DNA of 64,000 bases from Eledone cirrhosa (GCA_964016885.1 OZ024750.1:10540001-10604000); one strand, 5' to 3'. Positions 13,347 to 27,775 are shown, counted from the stretch's first letter. Made by a program: numbers and translations. The notes: generated by a model not told the origin, from the letters alone.

Positions 13347-13534
13347 ATTGTTTCTACTTTTGGCACAAGGCCAGCAATTATCCAATGTATTACTGGTACT
13401 TTATTTTATCGACCCCGTAAAGATAAAAGGCAAAGTTAACCTCGACGGGATTTGAATTCAGACCGTAAAGGGACGTACTATGCTGGAAAGCATGGCGTCC
13501 GACCCTCTACCGATACTGCCAATTCACCACCCTT
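13347..13534 (-). mobile_element. SINE S1
   Basis: Full reverse copy of the S1 consensus. Confidence 0.9.
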
Positions 13535-13891
13535 ATATAATGCCATGTAGTCCGCATTAACATGTATATGTTTATATATGAAAAATATATTAAAAAAAAC
13601 GTGTTCACAATCAAATGTTTGTAAAAGATGAAGATGATGGGTAGTTGCGGGGAGATTTACGTTCTATTTCTAACAGTATGGGATACCTCATAGAGAGACA
13701 CTCATTGCATAGGTTGTGATATACGTAATTTTTAAAGGTGTGAAGATTTTTTATGACTTTGATGTATAAACTTTTACGGTATTTCACAACACAGGTTTAG
13801 TAGACATGGACATGTTAAACGTCGTAAAATGTCAACACTAATAATGGAAAGAATTCCAGACAAAACCTACGACATGTTATTTATGCTGACG

Positions 13892-13930
<39 letters not shown>

Positions 13931-13959
13931 GTGTATATATTATATATATATATATACAC

Positions 13960-14042
<83 letters not shown>

Positions 14043-14151
14043 TCAAAACTAAACAAGGCAAACACAAAGATGCAAAAATCCAAGTTTGAAACTAATACGA
14101 CTTTGTGTTTTTGCATCTCTATGTTTCTTTTCTTTATTCTTGAACTATATA

Positions 14152-14208
<57 letters not shown>

Positions 14209-14214
<6 letters not shown>

Positions 14215-14530
14215 TTTATATCAGTTACTTTATTCGGTCCTCATTGTTTACCATTGACTGTCAAAAATACGGTCAAAAATACGATGTGCAACGAAAGAAT
14301 TTCGTTAGACTATATATATATGCGTTTGTGTCTATATTATATCTGTATTTTTGACCGTTGGTCAGTGAATGGTAAACATTGAAGACCGAATAAATTAACT
14401 GATATAAAAGATACAGAAGCGAAAACCAACCAAACAGTGAGTGTGTTATGTTATAATTCTGGCAATATTATTACAACAATATGACCCTCCCCAAGTATAA
14501 CAATATTTGTTTCGACAACCTCGCAAAACA
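14209..14530 (+). mobile_element. (TA)n insert, family D, fold-back
   Basis: Homologous to 28977-29262. The segment 14209-14270 is an inverted copy of about 14345-14415. Confidence 0.75.
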
Positions 14531-14550
14531 AATATGTATGTATATATATT

Positions 14551-14609
<59 letters not shown>

Positions 14610-14712
14610 TTATTTATTAAAATAAATATTTGCTCTACGGTTCTTATATATTTGATATATATTTTTCCTTATCGAGCCCTCTTTGGATTTTACTCTTCAA
14701 ATTTATTATTAT

Positions 14713-14758
<46 letters not shown>

Positions 14759-14859
14759 GATGTATTTATACTTACATTTATATATGTATGTATACATATC
14801 TCTCTTTCTGTATATATATATATATGAAAAGGGAAATAAGGTTCTATATGAAACAGTGG

Positions 14860-14899
<40 letters not shown>

Positions 14900-15349
14900 T
14901 ACTTATATATATATATATAAGTAGAAACACAACAGTTAGTTCACCATACCCAGAACAATTGTATATATATATACAGTATTGAGTGCACTATGAATGTATT
15001 TATCCATTAATCCATGTATTTATTTATCTATCTAAATATATATTTACCAGTGTATATGGCTGGGAACCTGGGTCCCTTTCAAGAAAATCTGGTCAGTCGC
15101 AGAGGAACACATTTTTTACGATATAAGATTACTGTGTAGTTGTTTAATGTATTACTGTCAATTGACATAATTAAGGATCAAGATCTTTATTCATTTATGA
15201 GATGAGCGGGATCAATTGAGTGATTTGGCCAAAAGCTTAACAAACACTTGCAGATAGTCATGCTGAAGCAGGAATCTATACAAGGAACATCGCCTGCTAA
15301 AACTAGCAGTCAAATTTACCTTCAATCTCACTTTCTGCATGTAAGGAAA

Positions 15350-15492
15350 ACATTGTTTCTACTTTTGGCACAAGACCAGCAATTATCCCAGTGCATTACT
15401 GGTACTTTATTTTATCGACTCTGTAAGGATGAAAGGCAAAGTTAACCTCGGCGGGATTTGAACTCAGATCGTAAAGAGCCGTAACTCTATAC
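15350..15492 (-). mobile_element. SINE S1, 5'-truncated; an older diverged copy follows at about 15740-15895
   Basis: Reverse tail, central domain and B box. Confidence 0.85.
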
Positions 15493-16380
15493 TCTCATAA
15501 GGAAATAATGTTATGATCATAGCTTGCTTAAGTTGATTTTATTAGCGATGGTATGGTATGGTCCCGTAACTCATGTGGGAGACGAATATGTCACCGATTT
15601 GACATATTTGCAAGGCGTTTCTTGGGTATTTTAAGCCTGGAAGAGCTCATATCTCACCAGGCCTGAGTACAGCAGAATTCTTCCAGAGAAAGAAAGAAAG
15701 TAAGAAAGAGGAAGTGAGAAAGAGATATAGTGGAAGAACCCACCCCAATACTAGTCTGGTACTTTTTTTTATCGACCTCGAAAAGATAAAAGTCAAAGTT
15801 GACCTCAGTGGGTTTTGAGAGCAGAGAGCAAAGAGCTGGAACGAATACCACAAAGGATTCTATCCGACGCTCTAACGACTCTGCCACTTCGTTGCCTTTC
15901 ATTAGCAACAACCTGTTGCTAAAACAGACGCAATGATCAGTTTCTAAATTTGCTCTGGTGAGTACAACATACAGAGTAGCGAAAGATCTGATGAGTGTCG
16001 GTTTCGCTTTACTAATCAAAGCAGATATTTGGGGTTCCGTTTTCCCTCTTATTCATTCTCTTTCTTATGACACACACTAATACACACACACACACACACA
16101 CACACGCGCGCGCGCGCTCACATACAGAGAGAGAAAGAGAAAGAGAGGAAGAGAGAGAGAGAGAGAGAGAGATGTGTATTTATAAATATTAATTAGTGAT
16201 TGTTCACTTCAACGCTTCACCGATTCGACTGGCTCCTCGAAACAGTCAGCAGCAGGATGATACATTCTCTCTCTCTATATTAGGAGTCTAATATAGAGTT
16301 AAGGAGTTGATTTAGTAAACATGTATAAAACGAGAATGAGAAGCTGCGAATAACCCAAGTTCTGCTGCACGTCGGGGGGC

Positions 16381-16673
16381 TGAGGTGGCCAGACTCTCCA
16401 AATACCGGTCGCTCTCCGACAGGTCTGCGGTCGTACTCTTGGCAGTGGAGACTTCTGGTGTCCTCGGCCCTAGGCGCTGAGCTGGCCAGCCGCAGGTGTG
16501 AGCCTCGCGAGTTGGAATGGCTCTTCCTGCGCGTTTCCCTTGCCGTTCTACGGGGAAACGCCTTCTCTATTCTGTCCGCCGGGGCTGTGGGGGAGGCCAC
16601 CAATATCATTGACTGACTTGTCATTTTATTAGTCAACTGTTGCTTTCGTTAACAAATTAACGTACCTACCACA
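16381..16673 (+). mobile_element. Probable LTR (TG...CA) preceded by a polypurine tract
   Basis: GGGGGG at 16374-16379, then TGAGGTGG...CTACCACA (6/8 inverted termini). Partial reverse copy at 37660-37877. Confidence 0.55.
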
Positions 16674-16996
16674 ATAACTGCTTTTCATAAACAAAGGGGT
16701 CATGGCTCGGAGGAAGTATTTATAAGGTGTTTAGTCAACCGTGTAGCTAATATATTTCCTATAATATTGACAGCAAAGGTTAAAGAGCATTGACACAAAC
16801 AGTTAATAGTAACTTAAGTTCTTACAAGATTGAACTTGAGTGTTAAATCTTTTGTTTTCAACTCATTCACTAAGACAAGTTCTGTCTGGTTCTAGAAATG
16901 ACATCGTCGTGTGCACAATGATCCTGTGAGTACAGGTGAAATTCCAGAGTAACAGGACTCATCAGGGAGACATAATAACGAATATATATATATATA

Positions 16997-17400
16997 TGGT
17001 GGCTGCCAACTCGTTTTCGAGTACGGCCACTACTTTATATCCATGTAGGAGAACCCCTACCGATGCGCTGAACGAGTGTGACTTTTTAGTCCAGCCAGCG
17101 ACTATAAAACTCTGGTACAAACACTACACTTGTGACAATTATTGACATAGTGCTGGGCCCATGGTACCATGTGACGACAAGTGCAGAGAGATCTCCAGAT
17201 ATAAAGCAATGCCTGTGCCGTGAAGCTTTTATAGTGAGCAAAGGCACTGCACAAAGCCAGTCCCACACTCTTAACCAAGATGATATTTACCAAAAAGAAG
17301 AACAAGTCAACATCATTGGATACCATCAGGCTTGCAGGTGTTATATCAGAGTTTTCCTTCTCCTAGAATTCTGCCTTGACAAAGGCTAAGGGGTCATCTC
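16997..17400 (-). mobile_element. Non-autonomous RTE-type element, 5'-truncated
   Basis: Reverse-complement homologue of 39243-39676, flanked by (TA)n. Confidence 0.75.
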
Positions 17401-17629
17401 ATATATATACATACATACATACATACATACATATACACACGCGCACACACAGACATATCTATATATATATATATATATATATACATTCGGTATATAAGGA
17501 TGCAGTTCACTTCAAGCACTCGACGTCATATTACATATTACTTCTTTAAAACAAGGATGACGGCGTATATTTATAAAAAGGAAAAGGCGAAGTTGTAGAT
17601 GTTAGAGTCTTTTATTAATTGAGCTGTTA

Positions 17630-17684
<55 letters not shown>

Positions 17685-17935
17685 GTATATATATATATAT
17701 TTATTAAAATAACAGATTAAAGTTTAAGCAAAGAATCGCTGCTTTCACCCTTAATAGATATTTGCTCTACGGTTTTTATATATATTTATATATATATATT
17801 ATTCTTATCGAGCCCTCTTTGGATTTTAGTCTTCACATTTATTATTATTACTACACACACACACACATATGTATATATATATATATATACACACACATAC
17901 ACACACACACTCACACATATATATGTGTGTGTGTA

Positions 17936-17971
<36 letters not shown>

Positions 17972-18032
17972 CACGTACGCACACACACACACACACACAT
18001 ATATATATGTGTGTGTGTGTATATATATATAT

Positions 18033-18230
18033 ATTTGTTTACTTGTCTCGGTCGCTTTACACTATATTACTTGTCACAATAGCTTTATTTAGCTATTGCT
18101 CGCACCAACTGGAGGTAGATGATTTTTAAAGCGATGAAATACCAATGAAAGTTGGAAAATCACGGATGAAGGACTAATTTTATTCATATGTAACCCATGG
18201 TACAACCACGTAGCACTCAATTCTTCTCAT
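18033..18230 (+). mobile_element. (TA)n insert, family H
   Basis: Reverse copy at 37148-37345. Contains the hairpin CAATAGCT...AGCTATTG and a C(T/G)GATGAAGG half-core. Confidence 0.75.
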
Positions 18231-18232
18231 AG

Positions 18233-18333
<101 letters not shown>

Positions 18334-18340
18334 GAGAAAG

Positions 18341-18492
18341 AAATGACTTCTACAGGTCTAGAACTGTTTCATTCGAATGAAACAGTTCTAGTCAGATAGA
18401 ACTCATTTCTATATATAATAAAGATGCCTATCCAATGTATTGAGTACGTTTTTTTAAACTATGGTTACTCCCTGACACCACGTAAGAACCTA
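18341..18492 (+). mobile_element. Hammerhead-bearing insert, family A, fold-back
   Basis: Palindrome centred on CATTCGAATG: CTAGAACTGTTTCATTC|GAATGAAACAGTTCTAG. Tail with TATTGAGTAC. Copies at 26150-26333, 29857-29906, 30825-31010 and 37381-37526. Confidence 0.8.
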
Positions 18493-18675
18493 CACACACA
18501 CACATATATATATATATGTCTAACCTCCAATATTCTATTTCTTTCTAGAACTCGATGGCCTACTATGCGGGTGATTATAGCCACGGTTTCCAAGAAGTTT
18601 CGGTAAGTAGAAATAAATGTTTATAATTCCTTCTTATTGAACAAAACGAGGTTTCACATGAATGTCTTAATTTGT

Positions 18676-18758
18676 ACAGTTACAACTGTTTCACAGATGG
18701 ATGGTTCAGGAGCCACGTTAATGCTATACCTCCGACTCCTACCTAATCTACTCATCAG
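18676..18758 (-). ncRNA. Hammerhead with a long helix II, in fold-back insert 18638-18830
   Basis: Minus strand reads CUGAUGA-GUAGAU...AGGAGUC/GGCUCCU...AUCUGU-GAAA-CAGUUG-UA-ACUGU. The 5' strand of helix I is replaced by the inverted arm. Confidence 0.6.
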
Positions 18759-18882
18759 CCACCCAACTGTGAAACGGCCGTAACTGTGCTTAATCAATAA
18801 AGACCTTAATGTGAAACCTCGTTTTGTTCTTAATATATATATATATATATATACATTTATACACATATATATATACATATAT

Positions 18883-18928
<46 letters not shown>

Positions 18929-19035
18929 ATATATATATACATGTATATATATATATATACATGTATATATATATATATACATGTATATATATATATATAT
19001 ACATGTATATATATATATATATACATGTATATATA

Positions 19036-19381
<346 letters not shown>

Positions 19382-19429
19382 CTTCCAAATTTTATATAAG
19401 TATATTTTTTATAGTTTTTCATTAGAAGA

Positions 19430-19960
19430 GTGTCGTTTGTAGAAGAGAAACTCTCGTATACATGTATTCCTTTTCTGATTTATTTGTGACAACTGAGATG
19501 GAAAACCCTACTTTTAATTTAGATCTTGATCTACGTGGACCAGTCTTATTGTTTCTGCTCATATTTAGAGTTTTTGCACCATTCGCCATTTTTCTTCCTG
19601 CATAAGATTTAAAATACACATTCCTGTATTATAATCTTGGACCAAATTACACGGTTTATATAATATGTGTATGGCATTTCATTTGTGATTTTGAACGGCG
19701 GAAGAATCGGTCTAGTGTTGATATAATCTGTACTCCGATAGTTTGTTAACATTAGGTACCAGATCACCGATAACTATGCGTTAGAATTCTATAGACTTCT
19801 CAAGAGATTTTTGCATGAAATACCTACACAGATACCTTTCAGTACTTTCGGTATCTTTTGTGTTTCTTTTAGGTTTGATTCAATGTTTTGTAATAGTTGG
19901 TATTAGATATTTTATTGGTAAATAGAAACTCTTGTCAAGCTTCCCCAGTATTTTATCGGA
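19430..19960 (-). pseudogene. Possible heavily decayed C2H2 zinc-finger array remnant
   Basis: Out-of-frame peptide shreds on the minus strand: NTGE, DKSF, SNLK/KHKR, ITNEMPY, HLSCHK. No intact finger. Confidence 0.2.
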
Positions 19961-19978
19961 TTATTATCGTGGATTGGT

Positions 19979-20350
19979 AAGGCGGTGGATTGGCAGTATT
20001 GGTAGAGCGTCAGACAACAGGCTTTGCAGCATAGAGTTATGGACTTTTACGTTCTGAGTTTAAACCCTGCCGAGGCTAACTTTGCCTTTCATGCTTACGA
20101 GGTTGATAAAATAAAGTACCAGTAATGCACTGGGATCGATTTAATCGAATTCCCCCCCCCCTCTCCCTAAATTCGTTGGCCTTGTGCCTATGGTGGAAAC
20201 GACCGAGTTCAAAACTGACCGAGGTTAACTTTGCCTTTCATCCTTATGGGGGTCGATGAAATAAAGTACCAGTTATGCACTGGGGTCGATTTAACCTACT
20301 TTCCCCTCCCCCAAAATTGCTGGCCTTGTGCCTATATAAGAATCCATTAT
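19979..20350 (+). mobile_element. Dimeric SINE S1 flanked by a direct repeat
   Basis: A full unit plus a second unit starting at the B box. ATTATYGTGGATTGGTA lies on both sides (about 19963-19979 and 20346-20362). Confidence 0.85.
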
Positions 20351-20773
20351 TGTGGATTGGTAGAGGCGGTTATAGAGGCGGTTAGAGTGTCGGATAAAAT
20401 GTTTTGGGTATTTAGTTACGTTTCCTTTATATTGTGGGTTCAAATTCCATCTTTATGGAAATAGGGCTGTTCTTATGAGTTAGTCTTTGTTTTGTATCTC
20501 TATTACTGTTAGTATAGTCGTCACCACCATCATCATCACCACCACCACCATCATCACAACCATCATCATGATCATTATGATGATAATCATCATCACCATC
20601 ATCATTTTCACAGGTACTTTCATGTTCGTTTCTTAGTCATTTGATACTGTCACCTACCCCCACCCGCCCCTCCTCGTTCGTGCCAACAAACAATTATTGT
20701 AAAACACTTTAATGTTATTCTTTTTCTTGTTTGTGTTATTAATATGATTTATTTATACGTATTTATGAATATG

Positions 20774-20833
<60 letters not shown>

Positions 20834-20881
20834 AGGTGTCCCAAACATATATATATACACTCATACAGCATTGCAATGAAA

Positions 20882-20950
<69 letters not shown>

Positions 20951-20953
<3 letters not shown>

Positions 20954-21129
20954 CAAAGAGGGTGTGGTTAGGAACCAGATGGACCATAACGCACCAGAGT
21001 ACTCAATACTTAAGGTAGTAGAGTGGGTAATAGTAAAAGAGTCAGGACCCCGACGGCTGAGCTCCGAATTTAGGATCTAGCTGTCGAAACGGTCGGAGCT
21101 CAGTCGTCAGGGTCCTGACTCTTTCCCCT
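20951..21129 (-). mobile_element. Family B fold-back insert
   Basis: Reverse tail plus the inverted arm GTCGAAACGGTCGGAGCTCAGTCGTCAGGGTCC, in (TA)n. Confidence 0.85.
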
Positions 21130-21327
21130 ATATACATATATATATACATACATATATATATATATATTAAAGGTATATATTGAGTTAGAAACTCAAAATA
21201 GTCTCTTACAACAAAATAGCTCTAAGAAAGAGATATCTATGAGCCGCATATTATAATAGAATATAATCCCTTACGATTTGAACACAGATATCTATATATC
21301 TGTGTTCGTTTTTCTGTTATATTCTAT

Positions 21328-21568
<241 letters not shown>

Positions 21569-21608
21569 ATATATATATTATATATATATATATATATATA
21601 TGTGTATA

Positions 21609-21662
<54 letters not shown>

Positions 21663-21665
21663 ATA

Positions 21666-21707
<42 letters not shown>

Positions 21708-21710
21708 ATA

Positions 21711-21758
<48 letters not shown>

Positions 21759-21761
21759 ATA

Positions 21762-21803
<42 letters not shown>

Positions 21804-21853
21804 TTATATATATATATATATTATATATATATATATGTGTATATACATATATA

Positions 21854-21904
<51 letters not shown>

Positions 21905-22031
21905 CTTGTTTTGGGGAGAAGCCGCCACACTGCAAGTAGTCGGGTCAAAGTACCAGAGGAGACGGCAAAAAACAAACAGAAATGTCTGCACCCAATCCTC
22001 TTTCTACGATCATCATTATCACTACAGCTGT

Positions 22032-22223
22032 AAGGCGGTGGATTGGCAGTATCGGTAGAGGGTCGAACACCATGCTTTGCAGCATAGAGTTACGGCCCTT
22101 TATGATCTGAGTTCAAACCCCACCGAGGTTAACTTTGCTTTTCATCCTTACCGGATCGATAAAATAAAGTACCAGTAATGCACTGGGTAATTGCTGGCCT
22201 TGTGCCAAAAGTAGAAACAATTA
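22032..22223 (+). mobile_element. SINE S1, full length
   Basis: Complete consensus match. Confidence 0.92.
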
Positions 22224-22450
22224 TTATTACCAAACAATATTCCTATTCTTCACACCTAAAAACTATTTCCTATTTTTTCAATTTCTCTTCATTCCATACC
22301 TGCCTAACTAATCGTCTCTTATTTCTCCTACATTCTCTCACCCTCCCCTCTCTCTCTCTCCTTCTCTCTCTCTCTCACCTCTCTCTGTCATTCTCCTCAT
22401 TTTGCCTTTTGTCGTTCTTCTTCGCAAATCACTTTCTCTCTGTCTCTCTT

Positions 22451-22496
<46 letters not shown>

Positions 22497-22506
22497 CATA
22501 CACAGG

Positions 22507-22564
<58 letters not shown>

Positions 22565-22981
22565 TCCCGTCATTCTGCTCCTTCTACTAAAATCACCCTC
22601 TCTCTCTCTCCTATTTTCCTCCCCTGTATACCACATCTAAACACTCTCAACACTGTCCAATATAACTCTACAATAGAACAACAACCCAGTCTATATGGTA
22701 CATTGCCAACCTCTCTACTCTCTTTTGTCTTGTTAATAACGACTGCAATTTCTGACTCAATATTTCCTTCTTCATTTTCTGTTTCTTATATTTTTACTTT
22801 GCTTTCATTAAATTATAGAATCCAGCGAAATTTAGTCTAACAACAACTCTAATTCTTGGATTTCATACACACTCACACACATATATATATACACATACAT
22901 GCACGCACACACGCTCTCTCTCTCTCCCCCTCTCTCTCTCTCTTTCACACACACAAACATAAACACACACACACATATATA

Positions 22982-23243
22982 TATATAAGGAAAATGATTT
23001 AAAAAGGGGTTAGACAAGCACACCTGATATAAAAGAGCTGTATAACATGTACAAAAATTGATATTTAGCAAAGCTTGTTTTCTCCGTATTGGATTATCAA
23101 ATCATCGTTTCTTTTTCTCATTAAAACTCCCGCATACTGATTCTCGACCACATGGTTTGATAATCTAATACATGTTATAAATATCCTTTATATATATACC
23201 AGGTGCGCCTTTCAAACCCTTTTTAAAATCATTTACCTTATAT
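22982..23243. repeat. Decayed inverted repeat next to (TA)n
   Basis: TATAAGGAAAATGATTTAAAAAGGGGTT...CACCTG...TATAACATGTA is mirrored by TACATGTTATA...CAGGTG...AACCCTTTTTAAAATCATTTACCTTATA. Confidence 0.75.
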
Positions 23244-23285
23244 AACGTGATCTGTGCAGAACGTTTTCAAACAACGTCACGTTTT

Positions 23286-23360
<75 letters not shown>

Positions 23361-23702
23361 AACTCTTTTGTCTCACACTCTTAACCAATCGTGTCAGTGT
23401 AGCAAAAGCAAATCTATAATTTATAGCTTCTAATATTCATTCCGTTCTTACATCTCCACCGCTACCACCGACCACACCACCGCTACCACTAACTACACCA
23501 CCAACCACACCACCACACACCACTACCACACCACTACCACACCACCACTACCACTACCAGCACCACCACCAACAGACTATTTCCCAGAACTTCCCCCACC
23601 AAATCATTCTCTCTAACAATGTCACTCTTTTTCTCCGTTTCTGATTCTCTATCGTGCAGGTTACTTTGAGTACTGTCTTATTTTTTATACTTCATATTCT
23701 AT

Positions 23703-23802
<100 letters not shown>

Positions 23803-23863
23803 TTGTATATATATATTTGTATATATATATATATATATATATTTGTATATATATATTTGTATA

Positions 23864-24069
23864 TGTGGCTGAGTGGTTAGAGAATTGGATTCGCAATCGT
23901 AAGGTTGTGAGTTCGATTCCTGGACCTGGCGATGCGTTATGTCCTTGAGCAAGACACTTTATTTCACGTTGCTCCTTCTACCTGGAGTTGCGACCGATAG
24001 ATAGTATTAGCAATTGGAAAGACCAACGGAAACATTGTTCCCTCGGTCCGATTTGACGAAAGTCGATCG
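23864..24069 (+). mobile_element. tRNA-derived SINE, family S2
   Basis: A box TGGCTGAGTGGTTAG, B box GAGTTCGATTCC, and body TGTCCTTGAGCAAGACACTTTATTTCAC. Second copy at 57945-58177. Confidence 0.9.
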
Positions 24070-24190
24070 TTCCTGTATATATATATATATTTGTATATAT
24101 ATATATATATTTGTATATATATATATATTTGTATATATATATTTGAATATATACATATATATATATATTTGTATATAATATAAAACCAGG

Positions 24191-24261
24191 TATTTTATTA
24201 TGCGCATTTCAAAAACAAATATCATCATGGGATGATATTTGACTTCTCATCATATAAAATA
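24191..24261 (-). ncRNA. Family P hammerhead, C3>A variant
   Basis: Minus strand reads UAUUUUAU-AUGAUGA-GAAGUCAAAUAUCAUC-CCAU-GAUGAUAUUUGUUUUU-GAAA-UGCGCA-UA-AUAAAAUA. Confidence 0.7.
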
Positions 24262-24550
24262 GGGAGACATGATATGAAGCTTAAAAAACACTTGCGAGCA
24301 GTGAAGTGTTAAATCAACATATGAAAAATAAAATAAGATGGATATATGAGATTGGGAAAAAAGGAAAGGAAGGGGGACAGGAAAAGGTAAGGAAGAGGAA
24401 GAAAGAATATAGATAGAAGAAAAAAAAAATAATAAAGAAAGGATGACGGAGGAGGAGTAAAAAAAGGGAGGATGAGAGAGGAGGAGAAAATGAAATTTGT
24501 ATATATATATATATATATATTTGTATATATATATATATATATATTTGTAA

Positions 24551-24596
<46 letters not shown>

Positions 24597-24598
24597 AA

Positions 24599-24647
<49 letters not shown>

Positions 24648-24721
24648 AATATATATGTATATATATGTAAATATATATGTATATATATGTAAATATATAT
24701 GTATATATATATATATATTTG

Positions 24722-24837
<116 letters not shown>

Positions 24838-24842
24838 TATAC

Positions 24843-24941
<99 letters not shown>

Positions 24942-24998
24942 TCTATATATCTATATACATATATAGATATCTATATACATATATATATCTATATCTAT

Positions 24999-25053
<55 letters not shown>

Positions 25054-25125
25054 TGGGTGCATGCTTTAAACATCAATCTTTCGCCCTCACAATTGTTATT
25101 TCCATTTTTGTCACTTATCACATGG

Positions 25126-25185
<60 letters not shown>

Positions 25186-25192
25186 TCATTCG

Positions 25193-25246
<54 letters not shown>

Positions 25247-25829
25247 CATCACTGTCTTTCTCTCTCTTTCTCATTCACCTTCTCTTTATCTCTCATTTCC
25301 ACTCACATTCTCTCTTTGTCTTCGTCATTTTGCATCGTTAGTGATGGCTGATATCTTGACAACGGAACCAATTTTCTAACAAACTCTTATCTAACAAAAA
25401 CGGCCATAAAGCTGTATAGGATGTTAAGCAAAATGTGTTCATAAAATGTCTATACATTCACTCCTTTTTCTCTATTATATTTTGCTTTTTTTACACACGT
25501 TGAAATACCAGAAATCATTCTCTATTCCATTTGTGAAATGTCATGTCGATAAGATAGATATTCTTCGATCTCTCATCCTCTCTCTTTCTCCTTTCTATTC
25601 TATATCTCTCTATCTATCTCCCATTATCTATCTTTCTATTATAACTTCTTTAGACTCAATAGTTTCCTTGTTTCTTTGCTCTAAGATATAATTTACCTTC
25701 GGATAATTCTCATGAAGATTTTAAAGGAAAATATAAAATATAAATATATATATATATATATATATAAATCACAAGTGGCTTAAACAAGTAGAGAATGTGG
25801 TAACAAGACATAATTTATATAGGCTCGTT

Positions 25830-25870
<41 letters not shown>

Positions 25871-26092
25871 CGTGTGTGTGTGTGTGTGTGTGTGTGAATG
25901 TGTGTGTGTATGTATGTGTGTATATGATATACATATATATATATACATATATATATAAGACATAGTTGATTATAGTGGAGTATTTCCACAATTATTTTTG
26001 GTAAGATGAAAGAAGTTCTATACACACTAAAATTCTATTCTACGAACGTAGAAATTAAAGAATAAATTTAAGTCGTTAACATTGGTCTTTTG

Positions 26093-26149
<57 letters not shown>

Positions 26150-26152
<3 letters not shown>

Positions 26153-26333
26153 GTATCCTACAGGACGAGAATTTTTTCATTCGAAAGAAATCATCAGGAT
26201 TTCCTGATGATTTCCTTCAAATGAAACAGTTCTAGTCCTGTAGACAGCATTTCTATATTAAACCTGATGTTTACAGTCTTCTAATATATTGAGTACCTTA
26301 CTGAGGTTATCCCCGATTGAACGGCAGACTCCT
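26150..26333 (+). mobile_element. Family A fold-back insert with hammerhead core
   Basis: TCATCAGGA-TT-TCCTGATGA palindrome centre, with CTGATGA at 26204, GAAA at 26223 and GTA at 26240. Confidence 0.8.
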
Positions 26334-26334
26334 A

Positions 26335-26399
<65 letters not shown>

Positions 26400-26744
26400 C
26401 ACATCGTCTGCTCATCTGACCGACTGTATTTCCATACTAAAATATGGAGAAATCAATATAATACATAGTTTGAGCAGAACGTATTAAGTGGACAAAGTTA
26501 AAATATATAAATTTCAACACAAATAGAGGGTGTTTCACTATTTTAAATTCAAAAATAAATGTATTAATATATTAATAGTTAGTTGCAAATTACAACTATG
26601 AGAGAAGCTCATTTTGTTGTTAAACGTATTTCGCAGCTTTACATAAGCCATTCTTATTGCAGTGTTTTTCAGAGAGAATTTAATAATTATTGAAATTAGG
26701 CAGCTTTAACGGAAAGTGTTCTCTTATGTTACAGAATAAACGAA

Positions 26745-26874
26745 CAGTTTATTTATTCATCGCTATTATGATTATATACAAACTGTCTCCAAAAAATGTA
26801 TACACACTTCAACAGTATTTTAAGAAATATTGCCTGTACAGGTAATCAAAGGGTGTATACATTTTTGGGACACC

Positions 26875-26915
<41 letters not shown>

Positions 26916-27049
26916 TCAGTTAAATATTTATTCATCGTTACTATGATTATATTAGGGTGTCCCCCCAAAAATGTATACATACTTCAACAGTATTTTAATA
27001 AATATTGCCTGTACAGGTAATCAAAGGGTGTATACATTTTTTGGACACC

Positions 27050-27096
<47 letters not shown>

Positions 27097-27100
27097 CCAG
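26745..27100. repeat. ~175-bp tandem duplication, each unit containing a family U MITE plus (TA)n
   Basis: ATTTATTCATCG.TA.TATGATTATA-MITE-(TA)n-TGAA.CAGT occurs twice. Confidence 0.85.
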
Positions 27101-27169
27101 TCAAATTTTCTTGTAGATTTAATAGTCTAATCCTTCAAGTTAACCAAATTTTTAGAAGTTTGTGTTTGA

Positions 27170-27355
27170 TAGAAACCATGCTTCGCGGCAGAGTTACAAT
27201 TCTTTACGTTCTGATTTCAAATCTCGCCGAGGTTAATTGTGCTTTTCATCCTTATGGGGTCTATAAAATAAAGTACCAGTCATGCATTTGAGTCGATTTA
27301 ATCGACTTTCCCCTTCCCCCAAATTACTGCCTTGTGCCTATATAGGAAAGCATTA
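27170..27355 (+). mobile_element. SINE S1
   Basis: B box, central domain and tail. Confidence 0.85.
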
Positions 27356-27490
27356 TTTTCTTTGGATATTTTTACATTCACATACATTCAATGACATAAA
27401 ACAATTAACATGTTTAAACCCCGGGACCCGTGATGGTATGTCTATGAGGGCTGGTCTAGGACTACCACACACACAAATGTATATATATAT

Positions 27491-27567
<77 letters not shown>

Positions 27568-27660
27568 TTATTTATATATATATATACAAACATGCATATA
27601 TATATATATGCGTGTGTGTATGTACGTACGTATACATACATATTTATATATATATATATT

Positions 27661-27709
<49 letters not shown>

Positions 27710-27744
27710 GCGTATCTGTATGTACATACGTATACATACATATT

Positions 27745-27775
<31 letters not shown>

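Noticed and set aside
15975-16015. CTGATGAG near GAAA
   Set aside because: No GAAA follows helix II, so no hammerhead topology can be built.
16280-16636. 118-aa minus-strand ORF, partly shared with 37709-38014
   Set aside because: It lies antisense within a probable LTR, the copies differ by an indel and in their ends, and there is no recognisable domain.
23864-23935. tRNA gene candidates (also 57948 and 4011)
   Set aside because: A and B boxes are present, but there is no complete cloverleaf and each continues into a SINE body.
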